Notes: a model not told the origin generated them from the sequence alone. 64,000 nucleotides of DNA from an uncultured delta proteobacterium (GCA_963806225.1 CAWDXG010000001.1:1856001-1920000); one strand, 5' to 3'; counted from the first letter of the stretch, positions 39,346 through 51,715 are shown. Numbers and translations are program-made.

Positions 39346-40605
39346 CTATGCGGCACTCGCTTCGCTTTCCTTGCCGAGCAGCGCTTCGACGAACTCGACC
39401 GGCGAGAAATCATGAAGATCGTCGGCACGTTCTCCGAGTCCAACGAAGCGGACGGGTAGCTTCAAGGTGTCGCAGATCCCCAGGATCATTCCGCCCTTGG
39501 CGGTGCCATCGAGTTTCGTGAGGACGATTCCGCTGAGCGGAAGCGACTCCTTGAACTCCTTGGCCTGTGCCAGCGCATTCTGGCCGTTGGTCGCATCTAT
39601 CACGAGCAGCACCTCGTGGGGCGCTCCGTCCATGGCTTTTCCGACCGTGCGCACGACTTTCTGCATTTCGGCCATCAGGTTCGACTTGGTGTGCAGCCGT
39701 CCTGCGGTATCCGCGAGCACGACATCGGCGTCCACTTCCTCGGCCTTCTTGATCGCGTCGAAGATCACGCTGCCTGGATCCGCGCCGTCCTTGCCGCGGA
39801 CGACCTCGCACCCCACGCGGTCGCCCCACACGACGAGCTGCTGTACGGCGGCTGCCCGGAATGTGTCGCCGGCTGCCAGTACACACTTGTGACCCTCGGC
39901 CTGCATCCGCGTGGCCAGCTTGCCGATGGTGGTGGTCTTCCCCGCGCCGTTGACTCCCACCATCAGGACCACGGTGGGCTTCGACCGGAGCTGGAACGCT
40001 CCCGCCTCGCCGTCGACCTCCAGCACCTGCCGGGCCTCGGCGCGCAGCGCCTCCCACACCCGGGAGGAGTCGACGAGATCGCCTTTCGACAGCTCGTCGC
40101 GCACGCGTCCCAGAATCGTTTCGGTCGTCTGTACGCCGACATCCGAGGCGAGCAGTACCTCTTCGATATCCTCGGCGATCTCGCTGCCGATTTCCTTCCG
40201 GCCGCCGAACAGGGCCTTGAGCCGGCCGAAGAAGCCTTCTTCGCCGCGGGATTTCGCCAGCCCCTTGCGCAGGCTGCCGATGTCGCGGACGTGCTCGATC
40301 GATGGGCGTCCCTCTTCTTCTGGGGCCTCTTCCTCGATGGGGATCTCGGCTTCGGCAGAGGGTTGCTCCTCCGGCTCTGCTTCCGCCTGTTCCTTGGGCT
40401 TGCCGGCTTCAGCAGGAGCGGCGGCCTTCTCCGCCTTGGGCTTCTCCGCCTTGCCTTCCGCGCGCTTGGGCGCAGCTTCCTTGCGTGCACCGAGCTTGCG
40501 CTCCGGGGGTGCGGCCTTCAGCTCCGGCGTTTCGCTCTTCTTCGAGAAGAGCAGATAGATGCCGACCAGCAGGGCGATCGCGACCAGGACGTAGACGATT
40601 GTCAT
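39346..40605 (-). CDS. ftsY: Signal recognition particle receptor FtsY with N-terminal TM anchor
   Basis: GVNGAGKTTTIGKLA, DTFRAAA, DTAGRL, TKLDGTAKGG. Confidence 0.97.
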   Translation of the reverse strand: MTIVYVLVAIALLVGIYLLFSKKSETPELKAAPPERKLGARKEAAPKRAEGKAEKPKAEKAAAPAEAGKPKEQAEAEPEEQPSAEAEIPIEEEAPEEEGRPSIEHVRDIGSLRKGLAKSRGEEGFFGRLKALFGGRKEIGSEIAEDIEEVLLASDVGVQTTETILGRVRDELSKGDLVDSSRVWEALRAEARQVLEVDGEAGAFQLRSKPTVVLMVGVNGAGKTTTIGKLATRMQAEGHKCVLAAGDTFRAAAVQQLVVWGDRVGCEVVRGKDGADPGSVIFDAIKKAEEVDADVVLADTAGRLHTKSNLMAEMQKVVRTVGKAMDGAPHEVLLVIDATNGQNALAQAKEFKESLPLSGIVLTKLDGTAKGGMILGICDTLKLPVRFVGLGERADDLHDFSPVEFVEALLGKESEASAA

Positions 40606-40684
40606 CGGGTAGAGCCCCCACGGGACGGCGGGCACTATAGGAAGGCGTCGGAAGCCACGTCAACGGCCGTGTCTCCCGCAACCG

Positions 40685-40710
40685 AAAAGGCGTTCCAGGT
40701 GCTGGAAGCC
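40685..40710 (-). terminator. Probable intrinsic terminator of the 40760-42502 gene
   Basis: Minus strand GGCTTCCAG-CAC-CTGGAACGCC followed by TTTT. Confidence 0.5.
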
Positions 40711-40759
40711 GGGTGGAAACGGCCGTCGGCTGCGGCCATTGTGCTTGACATCGGGCTTC

Positions 40760-42502
40760 TCAGGGGCGGTCGACGCCCTCCGGCTCGCCTTCGCCGAGCT
40801 GACGCTCCGCGTCCTCGTCCGGCGGAGTGGGTCCGAACGCGGCCTCCTCCACGCCCCGCGCCCACTCGGCCACTTCCGGTGCGGAGCGCTGCTGGGCGAC
40901 GTCCACGACGTGCCCGGGCGTTGGCTCGCCGCGCCCGGCCCACGGGGTGCCGCGCCGTCGCGCCCAGCGCACCAGGCGGTCGAGCAGGGCGCGGCGCCGG
41001 GAGACGAGCGCGATCGCGACGTGTCCCGGTGGCACCAGAGGTTCGACAAGGGACGAATGCCAGCGCGCCGACGCTTCCAGTGTCGCACCTTCAACGAGCA
41101 CGCCGTCGAGGTGTTCGAGCGAGAACTGTCCGCGGTCGTCCGCGAGAGTCCGGGCGGTGACGCCGTCCGAGCCGAAGCTGGGCACGCGAATCAGCACGGT
41201 GGCGCCTTCAATGGGGGCGCCGTCATGCGCGTCGCGCACTTCACCCCGCCATCCCGACTTCGGCGGTCCGCGTTCGACCAGATCGAGGGCGGGGCGGCCC
41301 GGCGGCTCGGCAGGGTCGACCCGCGCTCGCGTTTCGCGGCGTGCGGGTCGCTGCCAACCCCGCACGACCCACAGCGCGATCGCCACGACTGCGAGCAGCC
41401 ACGGCAGACGCCGCCATGGGCTCGGCGGTGCGAGCGGCACGGCGACATCGATGGGGGCCCCGGGAAGCCACCAGGGTGCGTCCGGCAGATAGCGCAGGGT
41501 CAGCAGCGCTTTCTTGCCGCGCGGCGGGTCGAAGAGCGCCACCACGTGTGCCGCACCCTGTCCCACCGGTGCGCTGCCGACCGACTCGTTGCCGAGCCGC
41601 GCCTCGATCGTGCCGCCCTGCACGGGCCCCGCTCGCGACTTCACCTCGACCGGGATCTCGACTCCGCGCCGGGGATCGGAGCGCGCGACCGGTCGCGCCA
41701 GCAACACGGCGACCGACGCCGTCCGCTCGATGACAGTCGTCAAGCGGGCGGGCTGCAGGGTTGGCGACCCGGCGAACACGACGGAGAGGCGGGCGGGGCC
41801 CACTCCCCCGAGCGAGCTGGAGTCGAGCGCGAACAACGCCCGGTCGCCCGCCCGCAGGCTGCTGCTGGCGAGCTCGCGTGCCGGTCCGTGCTGCGGCTGG
41901 AGCTTCAGCGACAGGTGGATGGTCGGCGCACCTTCCTCGTGTCCGACCCCGCTGGCGGGTTCCACGCTGGTCTCGACACCGATCAAGTGGCGCGGCCGCT
42001 CGAGCGACAGGACGTGGGGTTCAGGCGAGAACCGCAGGCCGAGGCTCTGGCGCGTGGAATCGACGTCGAGCTCGGTTTCCGTCGCGACGAAGTAGTCGTT
42101 GCCCGGGAAGCGCAACCGAACGGTGCCGCTGACCGCCTTGCCAGGAAGCAAGACACAGAAGCGTCCCGCGTCGTTCGCGCGCACGTTGATGTACTTCGCG
42201 GGGCCCGGGCCGCGCTGGATGCTGTGGGGAGATGTAGGGCCGCACGCCGCAGGCAGCAGGATGTCCTTCGGCGGCTGTCCACGCCACGGCAGCAGCCACA
42301 GCCGGATCGGGGCGTCGCCGAACGGACGGTTGGATTCGTCCTGCAATTGCCCTCTGATCTGGAGCCCGCCTGCGACCGGCGTGGCACGCACCTGGATCAC
42401 GGCGCCGCCGCGGACGCGGAGCGGCGCCGCTCCGCCGGGCAGGGCCGACAGCCCGACGCAGAGTAGAAATCCGAGAGCGAGTGCCGGCTTGGCGATAGCC
42501 AT
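40760..42502 (-). CDS. Exported/membrane protein with Ig-like and carboxypeptidase-regulatory-like domains
   Basis: Signal peptide, central TM (LPWLLAVVAIALWVV), GEVRDAHDGAPIEGATV...ADDRGQFSL. Confidence 0.7.
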   Translation of the reverse strand: MAIAKPALALGFLLCVGLSALPGGAAPLRVRGGAVIQVRATPVAGGLQIRGQLQDESNRPFGDAPIRLWLLPWRGQPPKDILLPAACGPTSPHSIQRGPGPAKYINVRANDAGRFCVLLPGKAVSGTVRLRFPGNDYFVATETELDVDSTRQSLGLRFSPEPHVLSLERPRHLIGVETSVEPASGVGHEEGAPTIHLSLKLQPQHGPARELASSSLRAGDRALFALDSSSLGGVGPARLSVVFAGSPTLQPARLTTVIERTASVAVLLARPVARSDPRRGVEIPVEVKSRAGPVQGGTIEARLGNESVGSAPVGQGAAHVVALFDPPRGKKALLTLRYLPDAPWWLPGAPIDVAVPLAPPSPWRRLPWLLAVVAIALWVVRGWQRPARRETRARVDPAEPPGRPALDLVERGPPKSGWRGEVRDAHDGAPIEGATVLIRVPSFGSDGVTARTLADDRGQFSLEHLDGVLVEGATLEASARWHSSLVEPLVPPGHVAIALVSRRRALLDRLVRWARRRGTPWAGRGEPTPGHVVDVAQQRSAPEVAEWARGVEEAAFGPTPPDEDAERQLGEGEPEGVDRP

Positions 42503-42665
42503 TGGGGTAGGACAACCGGGCCTGCCCGGCAACCATCGGCCTGCGCCCACGATGGACTGAAGCAATTGTGCCCTTCGGCCGTCCTACCAGATGGGTCAAA
42601 GGACAAGGTCGACATCAGCAGTGAGCGCAGCGGGCAGCGCATCGGTCATGTTATCCTCACGCGGG

Positions 42666-43475
42666 ATGGTGCGCGTGTTGGCACGGATCTGGGCGCTTCT
42701 GCTGGTGCTCATCGTTGTCGGTTCGGCGCGAGGCGTCCACGCAGCGGATCGCATCGACACGCTGGCCTACCGGCTCGCTCACGACGACGACTTCCGCGTT
42801 CGCACCCAGGCCGCGCTGGCGCTGGGCGCAAGCCGCAGCACGCGCGCGGTGACGCCACTCTGCGGCGGTCTCGACGACTCGAACACGACCGTCCGCGCGG
42901 CGGCGGCTGCGGCGCTCGGCAAGCTGCGCCTGGGCGGCACGGACTGTCTGAACGAGCGCTACAAAGAGGAGAGCAGCGCGTCGGTCAGAAGCGTCATCAA
43001 GAAGGCGCTCGCTCGCATCTTGGCGGGTGCCGAACCGACGATCACGCACTCCACGCACTACTACATAGCGATCGGCAAGACGACCGATCACACGGGGCGC
43101 AAGGGGCACGAAGTCGACGAGATGGTGCACAGCGCGATGGCGCACGCGACCGCCTCTCTCGATGGCTACGCGGTCGCGCCCACGGGAGAGACGAAGACCC
43201 AGGCGCGCCACCGACTGGCGAAGTACCCGCAGCTCAAGGCCTTCTACCTGAGCGCCAAGGTCCTGAAACCGCGCTACTCCGGTGGCAATCTCACGATCAA
43301 GGTCGAGGTCGCCATCTTCACCTACCCGGGGAAGGCTCTGAAGGGCACCATCCCGGTCAACCTCACGCAGCAGGACGTGCCCTCCAAGGACACGGACAGC
43401 GAGGACCAGCTCATCAAGATGGCCGCCTCGCGCGCTGTGGAGAAGTTCGCGAACAACGTCGAGAGGATCCAGTGA
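42666..43475 (+). CDS. Exported HEAT-repeat protein
   Basis: Signal peptide; FRVRTQAALALG, TVRAAAAAALGKL. Confidence 0.75.
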   Translation: MVRVLARIWALLLVLIVVGSARGVHAADRIDTLAYRLAHDDDFRVRTQAALALGASRSTRAVTPLCGGLDDSNTTVRAAAAAALGKLRLGGTDCLNERYKEESSASVRSVIKKALARILAGAEPTITHSTHYYIAIGKTTDHTGRKGHEVDEMVHSAMAHATASLDGYAVAPTGETKTQARHRLAKYPQLKAFYLSAKVLKPRYSGGNLTIKVEVAIFTYPGKALKGTIPVNLTQQDVPSKDTDSEDQLIKMAASRAVEKFANNVERIQ

Positions 43476-43687
43476 CGCCGGGGCGGGGCACCTGGGCGGT
43501 CGACAGCCCGGGCGAAGATGCTCCGCGCTAGGGCGCCAGCGACTCCCGTGGGGGCCCAGACCAGGCCCGGGAAGGGCGCAGTTCTTGCTCTTCCGGCGCT
43601 TGCCCTTCTACGCTGTGGTTCCGGCACGTGTCGGCGTCGAATCGGCGCGGCGGGTTGGATCGGGGAGCATCCCCCAAGGAGAGTGAC

Positions 43688-44467
43688 ATGGGAGAAGCGG
43701 CAGCGGCGCAGGGTCGCAAGCAGCGGCGTCTTCGGAACTATCTGCTCGATCGACGTTTCCAGCTCAAGTACAGCGGCTATCTCGTAGCCATCGCTGCCGT
43801 CCTGGGCATCGGGCTGGGCTTCATCCTGTGGCGTACCAGCCGGGCGCTGATGGACCAGAGCGACAAGGCGGCCAAGCAGGGCGATCTGGTCGTTGCGCGC
43901 GGCCGCGAGCTCGTGAAGGAGAGCCACAAGGTCAGCGAAGTGGTCCAGATGAACATCGTCAAGGACCCGGACTACGCTGACAGCCCCGGTCTGGTCGACG
44001 CGTTCAAGACCGACGCCAAGAAGAAGGACGCGAAGCTCAACCAGAAGCAGGTCGAGCTCGAGCAACAGGCCGCCGCGCTCAAGGCCCAGTCCGAGACGCT
44101 TGCGGCGCGGCAGCGCTACATGCTGCTCGCGGTCGGCCTTGCGCTGCTGCTCCTGGTGCTCGGCGTCGGGCTTGCGGGGATTGTCGTCACCCACAAGGTG
44201 GCCGGGCCGATCTTCAAGATGAAACGGCAGATCCGCGAAGTGGGGGAGGGCAAGCTGAAGATCCCCGGCAAGCTCCGCAAGGGCGACGAGCTCGTCGATT
44301 TCTTCGACGCCTTCGAGTCGATGGTGCGCAGCCTGCGCGCGAACCAGGAGCGCGAGATCGAGATGCTGGAGTCCGCGATAGCAAAGCTGGAGGGTCACGC
44401 CGATGATGCGACGCTCGAACCGCTGCGCGTGCTGGACAAGGAGATGAAGGCCTCGCTCGAGAGCTGA
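43688..44467 (+). CDS. Two-TM HAMP-domain protein without output domain
   Basis: RRLRNYLLDRRFQLKY, periplasmic coiled coil, THKVAGPI...LRKGDEL...FESMV; AAGGAG RBS. Confidence 0.8.
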   Translation: MGEAAAAQGRKQRRLRNYLLDRRFQLKYSGYLVAIAAVLGIGLGFILWRTSRALMDQSDKAAKQGDLVVARGRELVKESHKVSEVVQMNIVKDPDYADSPGLVDAFKTDAKKKDAKLNQKQVELEQQAAALKAQSETLAARQRYMLLAVGLALLLLVLGVGLAGIVVTHKVAGPIFKMKRQIREVGEGKLKIPGKLRKGDELVDFFDAFESMVRSLRANQEREIEMLESAIAKLEGHADDATLEPLRVLDKEMKASLES

Positions 44468-44484
44468 GCGCAGCCGCGGCGGGA

Positions 44485-44848
44485 CTAGAACGCCGCGGCT
44501 GCGTACTCGACGATCGCGCGCCCGTCTTCGAATCGCACGCTCGCCGCGTCGAAGCGCAGGCGTTCGGCGCTCGGGATCGTGGCGATAGCGTCTCTGCCAC
44601 AGGCGCTCGCCGGCGCGGCGGACGCGCTGCTGCTTCTTGCCGTCGATGCTGCCGAAGCCGCTGGTCCAGGCTCCGCTGCCGCGCGTCCGCACCTCGACCA
44701 CGACGATCAAGCCACCCTGCCGCGCCACCACGTCGAGCTCCAGCCGCCCCACGCGCAGGTTCATGGCGACGATGTCGTATCCGCGCTCCTCGAGATAGCG
44801 CGCGACCGCTCGCTCGGCGCTCGCGCCGGCTTCACTGCGACCGTCCAC
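44485..44848 (-). CDS. yraN: YraN family (UPF0102) nuclease-fold protein, frameshift near 44570
   Basis: AERAVARYLEERGYDIVAMNLR..ELDVVA...VVEVRTR...KQQRVRRA, then LRFDAASV in the next frame. Confidence 0.85.
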
Positions 44849-44919
44849 GCGACAAGTGTAGTCAAGCGCGCGGCCGCGAGCGACGCGGACCAACCCGCGT
44901 CAGGCCTGTCGAGGCAGCG

Positions 44920-45576
44920 CTACGGGTTCTTCCCGTCGTTGCCGCAGTATTGGGAGTCGTCCTTGGGCGCGCCGTACTGGCAGGTGGGACCCGTTGTGCC
45001 CACCTCGGTGTACTTGGTGCCGTTGCGCACGCAGTACGAGCCGGCGAGCTGGGTGCTGCCAAGGCCGGAACCGAGATCCTGCACGAGCTTCGTGCACTCG
45101 TAGCCGCTCGGGCACTGGCAGTAACGCGCGTTCGGGTCCGGGCCGTCACAGCGGCAGGAGCAGTAGACCGTGTCATCTGCGCGGCGGCCGCCCTGCGAGG
45201 TCGAACCGGCGAGCTGCGCCGCAACCGGCACCTTGATGGCATCGTTCTTGTCGGAACCGTCCGTACCAGGGATGCGGCAGCGATGCGGATCCTTGGCGTT
45301 CCCGTACTTCGTGATGTCGTCGCTCGTCTGCCCGTAGGGGCAGGTGACGCGGCCCTGGAAGTGGTTCACCAGGCAGACGCGCGTCGTGCACTGGAAGGAG
45401 CGGCTCTCGATGTTGACTTCCTTGACCGAGTAGCCGCCGAATTCAGTCTGGTACTCGTCCTCGGGGACGCAGGGGTCGCCCACGCCGCCGCTCTGGCAGC
45501 CCAACATGAAGAGCCCGAGGGCCGCCGTTGCCACGAACCAGTACTTCGGATTCCCTATCATTCGCGTGCTCGTCAT
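44920..45576 (-). CDS. Cys-rich lipoprotein, CglC/GltK-like gliding accessory (tentative)
   Basis: Lipobox MLGC then GVGDPC; C..RVC, YCSCRC motifs; divergent from gltC. Confidence 0.55.
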   Translation of the reverse strand: MTSTRMIGNPKYWFVATAALGLFMLGCQSGGVGDPCVPEDEYQTEFGGYSVKEVNIESRSFQCTTRVCLVNHFQGRVTCPYGQTSDDITKYGNAKDPHRCRIPGTDGSDKNDAIKVPVAAQLAGSTSQGGRRADDTVYCSCRCDGPDPNARYCQCPSGYECTKLVQDLGSGLGSTQLAGSYCVRNGTKYTEVGTTGPTCQYGAPKDDSQYCGNDGKNP

Positions 45577-45941
45577 GTCGTTCGTCCCCGCACCCGCTCT
45601 GCTGTGATTGTTCCCAGTAGTGTCAGCGAGGACCTGGAACGGCTCAACCCGATAGCCGGTACCCTGTGCGGCCGGTACCGTCCGGCGCGCGACCTGGCGT
45701 CACGCTAGTCGAGCGGGAACGACCCCGTCAACTGCGAAAAAGCGCCAAGGGTTGTCGGTGTCTCGCGTGTCGTAGCCAGCGTCGGCTCGCACATGATCAC
45801 CCGCGCCCACCGTGTCGGGTCGGGTGCAGTGCGTCACTTGCACGGAGGCACAGGAATGCGCTCTTGGTCGAATATTGAAGCAGAGCAAGAAGTCGGGCCG
45901 CACCGTCCGCGCCCTGGACAGTCACCGTCTTCCGGTGCCGC

Positions 45942-45971
45942 TTGACAACGCAACAACGGGGTATCTAACAT
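45942..45971 (+). promoter_or_regulatory. Putative sigma70-type promoter of the gltC operon
   Basis: TTGACA-N18-TAACAT in an AT-enriched intergenic region. Confidence 0.4.
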
Positions 45972-46098
45972 CGGCGCGGCCGAGGGTGGTATCTACCGGT
46001 TCTTATTGATTTTTTCGATACCGTCCGGGCTTTGCAGATTACCAGCAGCGGCGCAGATGCCGCCAATACTCGCGCCGAACTCTGGAAAGAGAGGATCC

Positions 46099-47902
46099 AT
46101 GTTGCGAAAGCGCCTCGTCGCAGTCTCCTTGCTCGCAGCGTCTGCATGCTCGATCGGACTGCTCGTTTCTTCGCCTGCACACGCGCAGGAAGTGATCGAT
46201 CTCGATGCCGACCAGCCGCAGAAGCCAAGCCTGCCAAGCATCACAAGAACGGCAAGAAGGCGACCAAGGCCAGCAAGAAGGCCACCAAGGCCACCAACGC
46301 TGGCGGAGGCAACGCGGTCGACATCGATCTCGACGAAGGCGGCTCCCGCAGAGCAGGGCCCGGTCGTCGCCGGGCAGATGACCGAGGAGGCGGCGGCAGC
46401 GAAGAAGCTCTTCGACCGCGAACGCTGGAGCGAAGCGGCGCTCGCGCTCTACCGCGTCGTCAACGGCGAGACCGGCGACGACCCGGGCAACAAGCAGCTT
46501 GCGCAGTACTACCTGGCGATCTGCCTGTACCGCCTGAAGTTCTACCAGTCGAGCTACGCGATCTTCAGCGTGATCGCCGACAACAACGAACCACCTCAAG
46601 TTCAAGGAGACGCTGCTCTGGCTCGCCAAGCTCGCGACGCAGCTGCCCGAGCCGGCGGACATCATCGAGCGCGTCGGCAAGTACAGCGACGAGCAGATCG
46701 CGCGCTTCAACAATCCGCAGCAGCGCGACCTGTACTGGCAGCTCAACTACATGCTGGGTCGGTACAAGTACCGGAATCGCCAGTACGCCGATGCAATCCG
46801 CGTCTTCCGCAAGGTGGACAAGGAGAGCGAGTACTACGTCAAGTCGCAGTTCTTCACGGGCATCAGCTACGTGCAGCTGCGCAAGTCGGTTCCCGCGGTG
46901 GAGTCCTTCCAGCGCATCGAGAAGGCGATCGACGAGGGCGCGAAGGTCGAGGACGAGGCGCGTCTGCGCGACCTGGCCGCTACCTTTCGATGGCGCGCAC
47001 CTACTACTCGGCGTCGATCCGGCTCGATCCGGAGACGAACGCGCCGAGCGTGGACGCGAAGAAGCTGAGCGCCGCGGTCAAGTACTGGAACCACGTCAAC
47101 GTCAGCCAGCGAGTACTGGCTGGACGCCCTGTTCGAGGAGTCGTGGGCCTACTTCATGGCGGGCGACTATCCGCGTGCGCTCGGCAACATCCACACCATC
47201 GAGTCGCCGTACTTCCCGCACGCCTTCTATCCGGAGGCGCAGATCCTCAAGGCGGTCGTCTACTTCTCGAACTGCAACTACGACGCTGCGACCGTCGTGG
47301 TGGCGCGCTTCGACCAGAAGTACCAGCCCATCCGCGACGAGCTCGCGAAGGTGCTCAAGCGCTTCAAGGGCCCGAACCAGGAAGAGCCGTTCTTCAAGTT
47401 CCTGCTCGCCGTGCGCGATGGCACGGCCGACCTGGATCCGCAGGTCAAGAACATCGTCGAGGACGCGCTCAGCGACCGCCAGCTTCTGCGTAACATCAAG
47501 TACGTGAAGATGCTCGACAAGGAGACGGAGCACTTCAAGAACTCGCCGCCGAGCTTCCGCAACTCGTCGCTCGGTCAGCAGGTCGCCGACGCTCTGAAGC
47601 TCTCCCGCGATCTCGCTGTGCGCAAGGCGGGTGAGCTCGCCCAGCAGCGCTACCAGCGCAACGTCGACGAGCTCGACGAGCACCTGCGCGACGGAGAGAA
47701 GATCCTCATCGACATCACCGCCGCGCAGCGAAACCTGCTCGACGAGAAGATCACCAAGGGACAGGTCAGCAAGGCCGAATCGAAGATCTACGGCGTGGTC
47801 AAGCCGGACGCGGAGCACATCAGGTGGCCGTTCAACGGCGAATACTGGCGTGACGAGCTCGGCTTCTATCGCCAGGTCGTCCAGTCCGCGTGTGGGAGGT
47901 AA
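46099..47902 (+). CDS. gltC: Gliding-motility TPR protein GltC-like (multiple frameshifts)
   Basis: Signal peptide; TPR segments in ORFs 46006, 46751, 47156; LFEESWAYF; C-terminal WPFNGEYWRDELGFY typical of GltC. Confidence 0.75.
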
Positions 47903-47910
47903 GTGAGAAA

Positions 47911-50900
47911 ATGAACGCTACCAGAGCGTACCCCGTCGTCGCCGCACTCCTGGGCATCCTCATGGGTGCTTCGTCAGGCGCTCGCGGCCACGGTCGCAAA
48001 CCGACGGACCTGAGCAAGGAATGCATCAGTCCGGCGGCGGTGAAGAACATCAGCGAGTGCCCGGGTGGACCGAGCAAGTTCCACATCCACCAGAAGCGCG
48101 GCGCCGCGTTCAAGTCGAAGCCTCCGCCGCGCGACGTCAAGAAGAAGCAGGACTCGCTCAAGCCGAAGAACCCCAGCCAGTCCATGGCGGCGGGCATCCG
48201 CGATCTCCGCAAGTCGGCACTGAAGCAGCGCCAGCGCGCACTGCTCATCACCGAGATCCAGGGCCTCGAGCGCCTGTTCCGGCGGACGCCGCGGCACTCG
48301 CCCGATCGCCCGCAGCTTACCCGGCGGCTCGCCGAGACCTACGTGGAGCTGGAGAACGCCGCCGTCCACGACAAGACGGCATGGCGAGATCGCGGCGCAG
48401 GACTATCGCCGGAAGCGCCAGACGGCGAAGTCACGCAAGGCGCGCATCGAAGAGGCGCGCGCGAAGAAGATCATCCACGCCGCCCGGCGCAAAGCGATTG
48501 CCTACTACACGGTGATGGCGCAAGGAGTATCCCGAACTACTCCAAGATCGACGAGGTCCTGTACTACCTGGCCTACGAGTACGAGCAGGCCGGCGATCTG
48601 AAGAACGCGCGCAAGGTCTACTACGACCTGATCCAGAAGGCGCCCAAGTCGCCGTATATCCCGAACGCCTACCTTGCGTTCGGCGAGCTGTTCTTCAACG
48701 AGGCGCAGGCCGACCCGTCCAAGTGGGACCTGGCCGCCGCGGCGTACCAGAAGGTCATCGGCTACCCGCCGCCCAAGAACAAGGTCTTCGGCTACGCGCA
48801 CTACAAGCTCGGGTACGTGTACTGGAACAAGGGCGACTACGTCCACGCCATCGACCAGTTCGCGAAGGTCATCAAGTACGGCAACCAGCTACTCGAACCT
48901 GCCCAACGCGAAGCAGCTCGCGAAGGCGGCGCGCCGCGACATGATCCCCGTGTACGCGGTCAGCGGGCGTCCGGACCGTGCCTACAACTTCTTCAAGCCG
49001 CTGTCCGGCGACAAGGGAGGCGAGGACACCCAGACGATCAAGATGATGAACGAACTTGGTCTGGCCTACCTCGATACCGGTCACTACGGCGACGCGATCA
49101 CGCTCTACAAGGACCTGCTCAACAGGGACAAGGGCGAGCAAACCTGCTTCTACCAGGGACAGATCACCGGCGCGGTCGAGGCGGTGAAGTCGAGCGACAA
49201 GAAGGCCATCACGAAGGAGCTGGATCGCCAGCTGGCCGTCCGCAAGAACTTCGACGAGGAGAAGCACTCCGCCAAGGCCAAGCTGAAGTGCGACAACAAG
49301 ACGGCGGACCTGCTCGCCGAGACTGCCATGAGCTGGCATCTCGAGGCGGTGGGCTCCGGCGGTGTCCGCGGTACCGGCGACAAGAAGACGATGGATCTTG
49401 CCGCGTACCTCTACAAGAAGATCAGCGACAACTTCACCAAGGCTGACTTCGCGAAGTTCAAGTTCCCGCGCATCGTCAAGTCGGACTGGCCGACGCTCTA
49501 CAAGATCAAGTACGCGATGGCCGACCTTCTGTACTTCCAGAAGGAGTGGGCGAAGTGCGGCCCTGCGTTCGACGCGGTGGTGGCCGAGGACCCGACGGGT
49601 TCCGACGCGGCCGAGGCCGCGTATGCATCGGTGCTCTGCTACCAGAAGATGTACGACCAGGAGCACAAGGGCCAGTCGGACCGCCAGGGCAAGGGTCTGG
49701 GGCCGAAGGGTGCTGGCAAGAAGGACCGCGAGGCCAAGAAGAGCGACTGGGACAAGCTGAAGCCCAAGCCGTTCACCGACGCCCAGAAGGGCATGATCAC
49801 GGCCTTCAACCGCTACGTCTGCTACATCCAGCCGGCGAAGGGCGACAAGAAGGCGGTCGATCAGTACGTCGAGGTCAAGTACGCCCGCGCGCGCACCTAC
49901 TATGAAGCGCAGCACTGGGAGGAGGCCGCGCTCGGCTTCCGCGACATCGCGCTGAACTATCCGGAGCACGACGCCGCGATCTACGCCGCGCAGCTCTATC
50001 TGGAGTCGATCAACGTGCTCGGCTCCCACTCCGATCCGCCGCGGCCCTCGTGCTTCGACGACATGCAGAAGGACGTTCCGCGTTTCCTCGAGCTGTACTG
50101 CAAGGGCAGCAAGGCCGACGACAACAAGGATCAGTGCGAGACGCTGACGCGGATCCAGTTCGACATCATGCGCCTCAAGGCGCAGAAGCTCGTCGAAGCC
50201 GGTGACGGCCTGCAGAAGAAGGGTAGCTATCGCCAGGCGCTCGACAAGTACAAGGAAGGCGGCGACGCCTACCTCGCGCTCTGGCGCAAGTACTGCAAGG
50301 ATCCGCTTGCCAACGGCGACCATCCCAAGCAGTGCGCGACGGCCGACGAGATCGTCTACAACATGGCGAAGGCCTACCAGGCCGGACGCCTGCTGGCGAA
50401 GTCGATCCAGGCGCGCCTGATCCTCTTGAGTCCGAAGTACGGGCTCGACAAGTCGGATCTCGCCAAGAAGGCAGTCTACGAGATCGGCGCGAACTACCAG
50501 GCGATCGCCGTCTACGACCGTGCTTCCGACTACTACGAGAAGTACGCGAAGATGACGAAGTTCAAGGGCGAGAACGCCGACAAGGCCCTGAGCGACGCTG
50601 TCGTGCTCCGACTCGGTCTCGGTCAGGACGACAACGCCATCGACGACGCGAAGAACTTCAACCGCTACTACGGACGGCGCAAGCCGACCCAGGCGGCGCA
50701 GATCGCCTTCGCAGTCGCAGCGCACTACGGCGAGAAGAAGGACTGGGACGGAGTGCGCAAGCGCCTTTCCGGCGCGATGCGTCTGATCGACGGCAAGGCG
50801 ACGCTCGACATCAGGGCGCAGGCGCACGCGCTACTCGGTCACGCCTACGAGGAGATGAACCGGGGGCGCAACGCCTCCAACGAGTACCGCAAGGTCATCG

Positions 50901-51715
50901 GGCTCTGGAAGGACCCGAACAAGGCCGTCGAGTCGATCAAGGCGGACAAGGATGCCGGCAACCCGACACGCCGCATCGGCCGCGCGTTGGAAGCGGTGGG
51001 CCAGTCGCTGTTCTTCTTCGCCGAGCAGAAGCGCGAGAAGGCAGACAAGATCAAGCTCCCCGTCTACAAGGGCGGTCCCGAGGTCAAGAAGCCCGGGAAG
51101 AACGCTTCTTCTGCCGCTTGGCGGGCCTACATGGACTCGATCAAGAAGGAGAAGGAGGGGATCACCAAGTTCATCAACACGAAGGTGAAGACGTGGATCG
51201 AGAAGAAGCGGCCGGCCATCGTCGATGCTTCGAACGAGTACAAGAAGATCGTCGATCTCCAGCCGGTGCCGCCGCCGCGTTGGGTAATCGCAGCGGGCGA
51301 GCGGGTCGGCCAGATGTGGGGCGACTTCGTGAAGGACTTCCGTGCCGCTCCGATTCCGAGCTTCATCAAGAACGACACGGAGCTCCGGCAACGCGTACTA
51401 CCACTCGCTGGACGCCGCTTCGGAGCCGCAGAAGAAGGAAGCGAAGAGCGCCTTCGAGGTGTGCCTGGGCTACTCGGTGAAGTACCAGTACTTCGACCAC
51501 TTCAGCCGCTGATTGCGAGAAGTGGCTCTCCAATAACTACAAGGCGCGAGTACCACATCATCGACGAGTTCCGCGGTTCGCCCACCCGGGTGAATAGCGC
51601 TCTGAAGGAACGTCCGTATCCCCTCAGGCTCGGCGGTCAACCGATGGTGACCACACCCCCACCCGCAGCGCCTCCTCCGGAGAAGAAGGACGAGGGAGAC
51701 GACAAGAAGAAGTGA
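47911..51715 (+). CDS. gltD: Large periplasmic TPR protein GltD/AgmU-like (multiple frameshifts)
   Basis: YPNYSKIDEVLYYLA..SPYIPNAYLAFGELFF, YYEAQHWEEA, WVIAAGERVGQMW..F..APIP; sits upstream of gltE-F-G. Confidence 0.75.
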
